DNA of 50,910 bases from IMG/VR virus record IMGVR_UViG_3300020147_000012, positions 1 through 50,910 of that record, one strand, 5' to 3'. Numbering within the stretch: the stretch's first letter is position 1; the number at the start of each line of letters is the position of its first letter. Positions 1-7,560 of this stretch are shown here, one piece after another. The DNA is from a virus (lineage: Duplodnaviria; Caudoviricetes). Under the pieces are notes generated by a model. It was not told the origin of the DNA. It saw only the letters and a list, made by a program, of their open reading frames with translations, and made no database searches. The position numbers and the translations under genes were made by a program.

Positions 1-130
1 TGTCTTTTGTTTTTCGCGGCTGCTTCTGATTCCTTCTTGTTGAGGGCTTCAGCGACAAGCCGTGCGAGCTTTTCCTCTTCAGGATTCTCGGTTGTTTTCT
101 TGATGCTGTTTTCAAGGGCTTCCTTGAGCG
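1..130. repeat. Terminal overlap with 50780..50910 (circular assembly)
   Basis: Positions 5..130 are identical to 50785..50910. The first bases differ only by one T in a homopolymer (TGTCTTTTGT vs TGTCTTTTTGT). Confidence 0.95.
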
Positions 131-290
131 TTTCAACTTGGTCCTGAATGTCTTGTCGTTTCTTACGGTCGTCCTGGAGTTCAGACACAAGGTTGCTCTT
201 GTCAGCTTCAAGCTGTTTGATGCGTTCGATCAATTCCTGCTGTTCGGCGGTAGGCTGGGTGCCTTCGCCTGGTTTGTTTTCAATTGACAT
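1..290 (-). CDS. Capsid scaffolding protein, N-terminal part (continues across the origin into 50387..50910; ~227 aa total)
   Basis: ATG at 290 opens MSIENKPGEGTQPTAEQQELIERIKQLEADK..., a charged coiled coil. It reads in frame into the 50387..50764 ORF using the 5-T version of the overlap. It lies between the portal region and the capsid genes. Confidence 0.75.
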   Translation of the reverse strand, partial: MSIENKPGEGTQPTAEQQELIERIKQLEADKSNLVSELQDDRKKRQDIQDQVETLKEALENSIKKTTENPEEEKLARLVAEALNKKESEAAAKNKR

Positions 291-336
291 ATCTTTCCTT
301 ATCTTCCCTTAAAGTAATAACGGTATCCCTTGTTAA

Positions 337-450
337 CGTGGTTGAGTCCACGGGCGGGTGGGTCCGCCAAGTCGGAAAGTGCCGACACTACAACTACTTG
401 CATTAAGTAGTGTGACCGGACGGGGAGAACATGCTCCTCGTACCGTCACA
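337..450 (-). promoter_or_regulatory. Structured leader with five tandem hairpins upstream of the scaffold/capsid genes
   Basis: Abutting stems on the minus strand: TGTGAC/GTCACA, CTACTT/AAGTAG, GTCGG/CCGAC, GGCGG/CCGCC, CGTGG/CCACG. Confidence 0.6.
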
Positions 451-454
451 TCAC

Positions 455-751
455 TTAATCTGATGCGTTTGCCTTATTGATTCGGGCTTTGTAAATCTTG
501 CCTAGGAAGTAGGCGACACGATGGTAGCCTCCTTTGACCATAGCCCGATCAATGTCAGTTACTACGTTGAAATATCGCTGCATGTCGAAGCCAAGGGTTT
601 CCCTCAAGTAATCGTCAATGCCTTCGATCTGGGCCAACTGAGCGAAGATCTGATCTTCGAACTTCTTATCAATCGTTACTTCCGTTGGGTTAGGCATGGC
701 CTCTGCCAGCATTATCAAAAGTTCTTCAACTGTGTATTTCTTAGTAGCCAT
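455..751 (-). CDS. Hypothetical protein (head module)
   Basis: 98 aa ORF starting 2 nt after the portal stop codon, on the same strand. Confidence 0.75.
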   Translation of the reverse strand: MATKKYTVEELLIMLAEAMPNPTEVTIDKKFEDQIFAQLAQIEGIDDYLRETLGFDMQRYFNVVTDIDRAMVKGGYHRVAYFLGKIYKARINKANASD

Positions 752-753
752 AA

Positions 754-2796
754 CTAACCCATCATTTCAGCTTGTAACTGTTCCATCTGGTTTGCGCCGC
801 CTTCACCGCTACGCATACCGCGCATGGTATTGTTGCTCATGTTTCCTTGAGGCAAGGTGCTTACACCACCGTCCATCATCGAAGCCTGAGCACCGTTCTC
901 AGCTTGCGGCTGAGGATTGAGAATATTCTTCGAAATGATCTTGGAAGGATCGTCGCCCATCTTTTCGGCGGTCTGAGCAAGAAGCTCTTCGCGGTCGATG
1001 AGATCTGGGAAGAAGGAAAGATAGACGCGAGCCTTCTCAAGCTGCATGGCCTTTTCTGATTCCTTAGTGTGTTCGTTCTTAGGATTGGCGACCATCATGA
1101 CATCAAGCTCAAGGTTCCTGATGTAGTCAGGACGGATAGCCATGATCTCAATATCCTTGCCGGTTTCAGCCTTGTAGATAGCTGTGCGGGCCTTCAATTC
1201 TTCTTTGGTAGGCATCTCCTCCTTGTTGCGGTAAAATTCGATGATCTTGCCGCCACGCTTGCCGGATGACATCGTGACACCTTTCATCTTGAAAACGTTG
1301 AAAGCCTTGCTGGTTTCCTTAGCAGAACCTTCGCCCATGATCGCTTCAACAACCGGATACTCAGGATCGGTCCAGAATTGGAGGATGTTTTTAGCACGCA
1401 AGAATGACTTGCGCTTGATGGAGTATTTGACCAGACGGCCGAACAAGCCGAGCATAGAGGCAACGCCCTCAGCGGCTACGCGGATTTCCTGAGCCGTAGT
1501 GCGGTCGCCAACACCGGCCACGCCTTGCTGAACGCGGTCGATAGAAGCTTCTTCCATGATCTTTCTCGTGTATTCGAGAATGTACTGGTGCCAGCCTGAC
1601 GGCGTTCCAAGGTCGAGTTTCATGTAAGCCTGGTTGATCGGCAGACCCTGAGTATCGACAGGAGTCCTGCGTCCAGGTCGGAGATAGTCGTCTTCGATTG
1701 AATCAAAGCCGTTGGTAAGCATCGGCGGGAAGATCGTCAAGAACGACTGGTCCAAAAGCATGTTGGTCAGCACGTTCAAAACGTCCTGCATCGTCTTCAG
1801 CTTGTCAGGGAGCGACTTGCCGTAGAAGAAGCCAGGCTCAATTATTTCAAAACGGCAATCGAAGAAAGGAAGATCCTTGTGCTCGAATGGCAGGGGAGAG
1901 ATCTTCATGCCAGCCGAAGTGATGACTGGATTCAGCCAGACACCGTTAGCGATAATGACGTACTCATCAGTATCCTTGTTGTAGTAACGGATGATCTCAA
2001 CTTCGCCTTCGGCAACGCCAGGGGAGATGTAATCGAGATACCACGGACGCTGTTCTTTCTCCCCAGGAGTAAAGAAGGGCTGGACCAGCGTCGAGCGTTC
2101 GAAGGAAGCAAACTGTTCCAAGAACTTCTGGTATGGCTGCGTTTGCCTCCAGAAGCAGTACGGCATGTCAGCGATCTTGCGGATGCCGACGGAAGAAGGG
2201 TAGAAGTCTTCAAGCTTGACCAGATCAGCATAGAGCTTATTGCACTTATAACTGCGGTCGCGGACCGTGACTTCGCCGTTGATCGAAACAACGTCGCGGT
2301 ACAGCTGCTCTTTCTTTTCATGACCCTCATAGCCAATAGCCGTTCCTTTGACTATCGCTTCGAGCAGGTAGTTGATAAGGAACTCCTCGTATTCAGCGAC
2401 CTCTTCTGAGTATTCATAGAGGTTCGTAATGATCTGGCCCTTGCGGATGTCTTCGTCGCCGCGGCCGACAAATTCAGCGATAGGCAAGACTTGGACAACC
2501 TTCCCAAGAACAGCCATGACCTTGTTGCGGGTGAACGGATCGTGGATGCGAGCTTGCCAGTCTTCAATGTCTTCACGGACATCGGTGTTAGTAGTAGTGC
2601 GATGTACCGAATCCTGGATGTAGTCGATCAGGTTCAGGCCGTCGAAATTTGCAAAGTTTCGATTGCGGTCTTCCGCTGAGTTAGTGAACTTGCGGAATAC
2701 TGCCTTGATTACTTCCTGCTCTTCTTCAGAAGGTATTACATTTGAAAAAACAACGCCCCCTTCTTTGAGGAGGGGGACGTTCTTTGTATCAGCCAT
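754..2796 (-). CDS. Portal protein (P22/podovirus-like)
   Basis: 680 aa, downstream of the terminase. It has portal-like motifs (GTAIG, FYGKSLPDKL..QD.LN...N, TAQEI) and a Q/M/G-rich C-terminal tail. Confidence 0.85.
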   Translation of the reverse strand: MADTKNVPLLKEGGVVFSNVIPSEEEQEVIKAVFRKFTNSAEDRNRNFANFDGLNLIDYIQDSVHRTTTNTDVREDIEDWQARIHDPFTRNKVMAVLGKVVQVLPIAEFVGRGDEDIRKGQIITNLYEYSEEVAEYEEFLINYLLEAIVKGTAIGYEGHEKKEQLYRDVVSINGEVTVRDRSYKCNKLYADLVKLEDFYPSSVGIRKIADMPYCFWRQTQPYQKFLEQFASFERSTLVQPFFTPGEKEQRPWYLDYISPGVAEGEVEIIRYYNKDTDEYVIIANGVWLNPVITSAGMKISPLPFEHKDLPFFDCRFEIIEPGFFYGKSLPDKLKTMQDVLNVLTNMLLDQSFLTIFPPMLTNGFDSIEDDYLRPGRRTPVDTQGLPINQAYMKLDLGTPSGWHQYILEYTRKIMEEASIDRVQQGVAGVGDRTTAQEIRVAAEGVASMLGLFGRLVKYSIKRKSFLRAKNILQFWTDPEYPVVEAIMGEGSAKETSKAFNVFKMKGVTMSSGKRGGKIIEFYRNKEEMPTKEELKARTAIYKAETGKDIEIMAIRPDYIRNLELDVMMVANPKNEHTKESEKAMQLEKARVYLSFFPDLIDREELLAQTAEKMGDDPSKIISKNILNPQPQAENGAQASMMDGGVSTLPQGNMSNNTMRGMRSGEGGANQMEQLQAEMMG

Positions 2797-2828
2797 TACG
2801 GACGTTAGGGAGTTAAAACTTAGTTATA

Positions 2829-2839
2829 ATTATACCACA
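2829..2839 (-). promoter_or_regulatory. Extended -10 promoter (TGTGGTATAAT) for the portal operon
   Basis: Exact motif 33 nt upstream of the portal ATG. Confidence 0.75.
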
Positions 2840-2860
2840 TATTAGATACAAAAGCAAGAG

Positions 2861-3241
2861 CTATTTGACCCTAATCTGCTTGTAAGCGTCAACGGAATTT
2901 TTATTGAACTCCTTGTTGTTTTTGAGCATGTAAACTCGCTTCTTAAGAGTCTCCAGGGACTCCCAATAGCCTTCGACAAAGTTCTTGACCTTACGCGTTA
3001 ATTCGAACTGGTCCTCATATTCCTCGTAATAACGCTGGCTGATTAGCCTGATGTCCTTCTCTTCGATATCGTAGCCATGCTCAGGCATCTCTTTATAGAC
3101 CTCATGCACGTAGGCTTCTGGCCCGCCGCCGGTCCAATAGATCCGGTAGAAACCGTATTTGATCTTGAAAAACTTAAGGTGCGGAGAAATCTTCTTAGCC
3201 TCCCGCACGAGCCGTCTAAACCAATATGATCCTTCTGTCAT
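2861..3241 (-). CDS. Hypothetical protein
   Basis: 126 aa ORF between terminase and portal, starting 1 nt after the terminase stop. Confidence 0.75.
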   Translation of the reverse strand: MTEGSYWFRRLVREAKKISPHLKFFKIKYGFYRIYWTGGGPEAYVHEVYKEMPEHGYDIEEKDIRLISQRYYEEYEDQFELTRKVKNFVEGYWESLETLKKRVYMLKNNKEFNKNSVDAYKQIRVK

Positions 3242-3242
3242 C

Positions 3243-4883
3243 TTAATAACCTGTTACTCTGCCTTTGCGCTTGACCGTCGTGACGTTCTTGCGCTTGAAC
3301 TTGTCATAAGGAATCGCACGCCTGGCCGTGCCGTTTTCCAACCCAAGTGCCAGGTATTCCAAAGCCGAGCGATAGTGAGAGGTGTAGTCGTGCTTTGGCT
3401 TGTCAGACCTGACCTCTTCAAGACCGTGGCTTTTAACGCGAGGATAAGCGGCATTGATAAGGCAGAGGTCAAAATACTTAGTGCGGGGATTCTCATTGAG
3501 AAGTATCCCGTCCATAAGCAAGCGTTTGGTTGCGCTCTTGCGGACCTTAAATTCTTTCCAAGCCTCATTGAAGTTGATGATGATGCCGTGGTTCTTAAGC
3601 ACGTCCATTACAGATTCGTCTGACACCTGGTTCTGGAAGCGACCCGCAGGGTCGCCAAAATGTGTACCACGTTTCCAATACTTGTGGCTTTCGATTATTT
3701 CAAGTTCGTCTTTCGTATAGATATAGCCGTCACTCGGCACGATGCCGGTAACGAATGGGATGTAGAAGTCGATGTTCTTGCCGGTGTTCCGGTACACGTC
3801 GATGATCCTGAGCTTGCCGGTTCGATCCGGCTGCGCCCAGATGATGCCGGTGTCGTCGGTCTTGCCGAAGTCCCAGCCAACATAAAGCGGCATGTCAGCA
3901 TCATAAGGGAACCAGCCCTCAGTGACGTTGGCCTCATTCCATTCAGGGTAAACACGGCCCTCCTTGGACTTGCTGTAAGAGATGTCGAGTTCCTGGGCCA
4001 CTTCTTCTTCGGTGCGGCGAGCACACTCATAGTCGTACCAGAACTGATCTTTCAGCGGATGCTCCTTCCAATGGAGAGTCATCACGTCGATGCCCGAATC
4101 CCGAAGCATGGCGAAGTAGTTATAGCCATCAGGCGTAGAGTTGGCGATGCGGCAAGAGGTTGAGTCGCCGCAAGCTTCCCACGCATCTTTGGCGTAGTCC
4201 CAGAAACCCAACTCGTCGAAAAGGATAGCAGTCTTACGAGAACCGCGGCCGAAGGACGGGTTCATCGTGTCACCGGCAATAAGGTTGTTATTGGCTGGGT
4301 TAACCAGCTTAAGCTTAGTCCTGTGCTTGTCAGGATTGTACTTGGCAGGTAAAAGCCACTTCGGCAAATTATTGAGAGCGTAGTCGATCTTGCCAAACAG
4401 GGAGTCGTCGGTACGGTCGTCAACCAGCTTTTCCTTGTAGGAACCAACCAGGATGTTGACGCCATCGCGGAAGAGCCAGTACCAAATAGGAACCCAAACG
4501 AACACGAGCCACGAGATACCCATGTCTCGGGACTTCTCAAACAGGCCGTCGCGTGAACCGTCGATGTGCTCAATCAGCCACTTGATAGCCCGCTCCTGAT
4601 AGCCGAAGGTTATGAAAGGGAGATGGTGCGGGGCGTGCTCAGGACGCGGGTCGAAAGTCCAGGCAAAGTTATTGATGAAAAACAAACAGCCCTCAATAGG
4701 ATTGTCGGGTCGCTGGCACAAGTACCAGATATAGGAGCGAGCCTCCAAGCTACGGTTGGCGGCATCGTTCATCTGCAAACGCTGAATTAGCTTCTCCTGG
4801 TAATCAGGGGAGCGTAGATAGTCTTCGAATTGCTTCTTTCGACGTTCAGCTTCCAGCCGTTGCTGCTCTGCGGTAATTCCCAT
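3243..4883 (-). CDS. terL: Terminase large subunit
   Basis: Walker A variant KSRDMGISW, Walker B ILFDE, coupling motif NSTPDG, nuclease domain GWDFG..D..G, and C-terminal HDYTSHYRSALEY. Confidence 0.92.
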   Translation of the reverse strand: MGITAEQQRLEAERRKKQFEDYLRSPDYQEKLIQRLQMNDAANRSLEARSYIWYLCQRPDNPIEGCLFFINNFAWTFDPRPEHAPHHLPFITFGYQERAIKWLIEHIDGSRDGLFEKSRDMGISWLVFVWVPIWYWLFRDGVNILVGSYKEKLVDDRTDDSLFGKIDYALNNLPKWLLPAKYNPDKHRTKLKLVNPANNNLIAGDTMNPSFGRGSRKTAILFDELGFWDYAKDAWEACGDSTSCRIANSTPDGYNYFAMLRDSGIDVMTLHWKEHPLKDQFWYDYECARRTEEEVAQELDISYSKSKEGRVYPEWNEANVTEGWFPYDADMPLYVGWDFGKTDDTGIIWAQPDRTGKLRIIDVYRNTGKNIDFYIPFVTGIVPSDGYIYTKDELEIIESHKYWKRGTHFGDPAGRFQNQVSDESVMDVLKNHGIIINFNEAWKEFKVRKSATKRLLMDGILLNENPRTKYFDLCLINAAYPRVKSHGLEEVRSDKPKHDYTSHYRSALEYLALGLENGTARRAIPYDKFKRKNVTTVKRKGRVTGY

Positions 4884-4897
4884 CGTGACGGTAAAAT

Positions 4898-4971
4898 TGG
4901 TAGCGGGTCCATGATTCGAACATGGTCCTTCAGGTTATGAGCCTAACGAGGTGCCATTCCTCCAACCCGCC
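4898..4971 (-). tRNA. tRNA-Met (CAT), initiator-like body
   Basis: Acceptor GGCGGGT/ACCCGCT, anticodon loop CTCATAA, T loop TTCGAAT, encoded CCA. Confidence 0.9.
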
Positions 4972-4977
4972 AATAAT

Positions 4978-4988
4978 ATTATACCACA
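4978..4988 (-). promoter_or_regulatory. Extended -10 promoter for tRNA-Met/terL
   Basis: TGTGGTATAAT 6 nt upstream of the tRNA 5' end. Confidence 0.75.
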
Positions 4989-5045
4989 TTTTGTAATATA
5001 TTACAAGAGCTTGACATAACTCATGAATATAGCCATACTGATTTC

Positions 5046-5420
5046 ATGAAGAAATTTATCGTCACGTTGGCCTTGGCTGGTGTCATAGCTGTGCCGGTTG
5101 CGTCACATGCACAGACTCCATCGCAAGATCAGATTAGACAGCTTCAACAGCAGGTTGCTTTACTCGTAACTTTACTCAATAAGTTAATGGCTGCTCAAAA
5201 CGGAAACGTTCAGGCGACCACAACAACTACGGTAACTGTCAAATCCCAACCGACCGCTCCTGAGGACGAAGAACAGACAACTATCGAGATCAAGACAGAG
5301 GAAGCAAAGCCCGTCGTGATCGAAAAGGCCCCAGAACAAATCCGAAGGGAAGAGGCTCAAGCGTACCACGACAGAACTGGTCAGTGGCCAAAGGGTTGGA
5401 GCGGAGGTGTCCAGCCATAA
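5046..5420 (+). CDS. Secreted/surface protein with signal peptide (moron-like, opposite strand)
   Basis: Signal peptide MKKFIVTLALAGVIAVPVASHA, then a QIRQLQQQVALL coiled coil. It has its own promoter (TTGACA at 5011, CATACT at ~5034) and would be nearly leaderless. Confidence 0.8.
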   Translation: MKKFIVTLALAGVIAVPVASHAQTPSQDQIRQLQQQVALLVTLLNKLMAAQNGNVQATTTTTVTVKSQPTAPEDEEQTTIEIKTEEAKPVVIEKAPEQIRREEAQAYHDRTGQWPKGWSGGVQP

Positions 5421-5422
5421 TG

Positions 5423-5494
5423 TTCCAGGTCATGGGTTCGAACCACAATTAACAGATCCAAAGTCTGTTGTCCTACCGATTAGACGAACCTGGA
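5423..5494 (-). tRNA. tRNA-Gln (TTG)
   Basis: Acceptor TCCAGGT/ACCTGGA, anticodon arm ACAGA-CTTTGGA-TCTGT, T loop TTCGAAC. Confidence 0.9.
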
Positions 5495-5496
5495 AT

Positions 5497-5527
5497 AAGA
5501 AAGCCCCCAAGAGGGGGCTTTTTGTTT
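5497..5527. terminator. Bidirectional intrinsic terminator
   Basis: AAAGCCCCC-AAGA-GGGGGCTTT flanked by A and T runs. Confidence 0.75.
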
Positions 5528-5612
5528 ACTGGCAGCTATCGCACTGAGTACCCTCAGCAGGATCGCATACGCCCTCAACATTGCCCTCCTCTCGTGGTTC
5601 AATATCGCTCAT
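5526..5612 (-). CDS. 28-aa Cys-rich peptide ending CDPAEGTQCDSCQ
   Basis: Manual translation MSDIEPREEGNVEGVCDPAEGTQCDSCQ*, located between tRNA-Asn and the terminator. It is below the ORF-track cutoff. Confidence 0.65.
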   Translation of the reverse strand: MSDIEPREEGNVEGVCDPAEGTQCDSCQ

Positions 5613-5635
5613 GCTTTGAAAATTACCTGATAAGG

Positions 5636-5708
5636 CTGGCACGGCTGGATTCGAACCAGCGACCTATCCGTTAACAGCGGATTGCTACTACCACTGAGCT
5701 ACATGCCA
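5636..5708 (-). tRNA. tRNA-Asn (GTT)
   Basis: Acceptor TGGCATG/CGTGCCA, anticodon arm TCCG-CTGTTAA-CGGA, T loop TTCGAAT. Confidence 0.92.
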
Positions 5709-5767
5709 TTGTTTACTTATGTCTCGAAGATGTTAAGATGAGCTTAAGGTTCTTCGAGAGGGAATCG

Positions 5768-5792
5768 GGGATAGCAGCTTCGGCTGCTATTT
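5768..5792. terminator. Hairpin/terminator after the putative small terminase
   Basis: ATAGCAGC-TTCG-GCTGCTAT followed by TTC. Confidence 0.55.
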
Positions 5793-6365
5793 CTATTTCG
5801 TCCGCTCTTTGTCCACCTGGACTTTCTCACGCATGGTCATCAGAGCCTCAAAAGCGGCCTCTGGTGTCATCTCCTTGTCGATCTTGGCATGGACCGCAAT
5901 ATGCTCCGTAGCTTCGCCCTTGAGGATCTGAGCCTTGTCAAAAGCCACGCCAGCGATCACGGCCAAGTCTTTGAACGTAACCTGGTCAAGTTTCTTCTTG
6001 GACTTGCCGACACGATCAAGCTTCATGTCGATAAGCCTGAACGATTTGTCGCGGATCGAAAGGACGACGTTCTTGATGTCGCCGTCGCCTTCGCGGCGTT
6101 CAGCCACGCTGGCCCCTTCGGCTACAATCGTAGGCTTGTTGATGCGCTGATTCATAGAATCGCACACCATCTTCACAACGTCAGGAGAGACACCGTACTG
6201 CTCGGGGTTGTTCTTAACCGCAGCGTAGATCTTATAGACGGCAGTTCGGATTGATCGGGGATTGCTGTAAACCTTGTCGAAACCGTAATCTATGCCGACT
6301 TGCAGCATTGGCTTAAGGGAGAGTGCCTTAAAGATTTCGACTTGTTTCTCGGGACCGAATTTCAT
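5793..6365 (-). CDS. Putative terminase small subunit
   Basis: 190 aa, upstream of terL. The C-terminal DLAVIAGVAFDKAQILKGEATEHI resembles TerS-type helices. A TGTAGTATAAT promoter at 6373..6383 would give a leaderless mRNA. Confidence 0.6.
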   Translation of the reverse strand: MKFGPEKQVEIFKALSLKPMLQVGIDYGFDKVYSNPRSIRTAVYKIYAAVKNNPEQYGVSPDVVKMVCDSMNQRINKPTIVAEGASVAERREGDGDIKNVVLSIRDKSFRLIDMKLDRVGKSKKKLDQVTFKDLAVIAGVAFDKAQILKGEATEHIAVHAKIDKEMTPEAAFEALMTMREKVQVDKERTK

Positions 6366-6468
6366 TTACAACATTATACTACAGATTTAAGAAAAAATCA
6401 ATAGCAAAAAGACCCCAAAAGGGGTTGTTATACAAGGACAAAAAGGCCATCTTCATAAACAGAGAGAC

Positions 6469-6782
6469 TTATCCACAGGTTCTCCCTTTTTAGATGCCAA
6501 TTTTTCACTCTTCCACCAAACCAAGTATGGTATACTCATGAAGAGGTCAGGCACGCAAAAAACGTCCTAATCTTCCCATTCAGAGGCGGCCACAGAACCC
6601 CCTAGGTGAACACATCTTTGCAAGATGTACAGCCGAAGCGGACCGGCTATTAAGTCACTGGTATCTGTTCTCTGATGGGAAGGTTCGGGCGTTTATTGCT
6701 TTTGTTCCATCCACAGCTGATATGATTAGTATATCTTTTGTACATGTTTTGTACAACAAACGCTATATCGCTCTGTGGATAA
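6469..6782. promoter_or_regulatory. Two perfect DnaA boxes in inverted orientation
   Basis: TTATCCACA at 6469..6477 and TGTGGATAA at 6774..6782 in a non-coding region. Confidence 0.55.
6543..6706 (+). ncRNA. Putative ~160-nt structured RNA (long rod with branched head)
   Basis: Promoter TATGGTATACT at 6526..6536. Segment 6555..6585 pairs with 6670..6699, with G-U pairs on the + strand. Two inner hairpins and a 3' U-tract. Confidence 0.65.
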
Positions 6783-6815
6783 CCTCAACAGGTTTAAAAG
6801 GTGCAAATGAACTGA

Positions 6816-6891
6816 TGGGGCCGCTGGAAAGACTTGAACTCTCAACCCACGCTTTACAAAAGCGTCGCTCTACCAATTGAGCTACAGCGGC
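6816..6891 (-). tRNA. tRNA-Thr (TGT)
   Basis: Acceptor GCCGCTG/CAGCGGC, anticodon arm ACGCT-TTTGTAA-AGCGT, T loop TTCAAGT, encoded CCA. Confidence 0.93.
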
Positions 6892-7112
6892 ATCATCAAC
6901 TCACGTTTCATTTCGCGGTAGTCACGTCTGGAAATAATCTCTCGGCCGATTGCGCCGCCATATTCCCAGCCACTGACTTTCTTACCGTTCAACCGCTTAC
7001 TCCTCACAAGTCTATATGCCTTCTTCTTATGTTTTCGTTTCCAGTTCATTGCACCGTAGTACGACATAGTAGGCTGGCTAGTCCCAGGTGACGGGAGGCC
7101 CATTGTTTGCAT
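6882..7112 (-). CDS. Small basic hypothetical protein within the tRNA operon (start may be at ~7067)
   Basis: K/R-rich ORF on the tRNA strand; its stop overlaps the tRNA-Thr 5' end. Confidence 0.45.
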   Translation of the reverse strand: MQTMGLPSPGTSQPTMSYYGAMNWKRKHKKKAYRLVRSKRLNGKKVSGWEYGGAIGREIISRRDYREMKRELMMPL

Positions 7113-7217
7113 CGTACTGCCTTAGAGATTGACTGATAGACCCAGGTATTAACGGCATCTAGAATCCTCCCTGGGATTATCAACCAACCTCATTGCGTCC
7201 ACTTTCTCCCACTACAG

Positions 7218-7290
7218 CCAGTAGCATTGGAATCGAACCAACCCAGCAAGTTTTGGAGACTCGCTCGCCAGCCTTGGGACATGGCTACTG
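7218..7290 (-). tRNA. tRNA-Trp (CCA), atypical D arm
   Basis: Acceptor CAGTAGC/GCTACTG, anticodon arm GCGAGT-CTCCAAA-ACTTGC, T arm GTTGG-TTCGATT-CCAAT. Confidence 0.75.
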
Positions 7291-7293
7291 AAT

Positions 7294-7511
7294 AGGTGAT
7301 GGCAAGGATTTGCCGAGTTCTAATTTCTGACCTTCTTTCATGTCGTGGTATTTCAACCTCGGGTACTCGTAGTAGTCACCTTGCGGTCATAGCCAGGTTA
7401 ACGGCGGCTTACCAGTATGCGTAACCTATCTTACGAAGTTGGAACTTCCAACGTATCAGCTACACAGTAACCAGTGCTCGACGGGCAGACCTATACTGCC
7501 ATACATCACCT
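7294..7511 (-). ncRNA. tRNA-framed ~217-nt RNA with large insertions
   Basis: Acceptor-like GGTGATG/CATCACC, D-like hairpin GGCAG/CTGCC, T-like stem GCAAGG/CCTTGC whose loop is split by a 64-nt insert. Confidence 0.6.
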
Positions 7512-7512
7512 C

Positions 7513-7557
7513 TGACGGCCTTCAACTTGAGTTGAACGGGGATTGCTCCCGCCGTCA
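7513..7557 (-). ncRNA. 45-nt three-way-junction RNA element
   Basis: TGACGGC/GCCGTCA closes GGGA-GCAA-TCCC and TTCAAC-TCAA-GTTGAA. Confidence 0.55.
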
Positions 7558-7560
7558 TTA

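Noticed and set aside
1-130. Biological direct terminal repeat
   Set aside because: It falls in the middle of the scaffold gene and its length is typical of an assembler k-mer overlap. The 1-nt homopolymer difference looks like a contig-end error.
7294-7511. tmRNA or group I intron-containing tRNA
   Set aside because: There is no alanine identity G3:U70 or tag frame. The inserts are too short and lack recognisable P7 core motifs.
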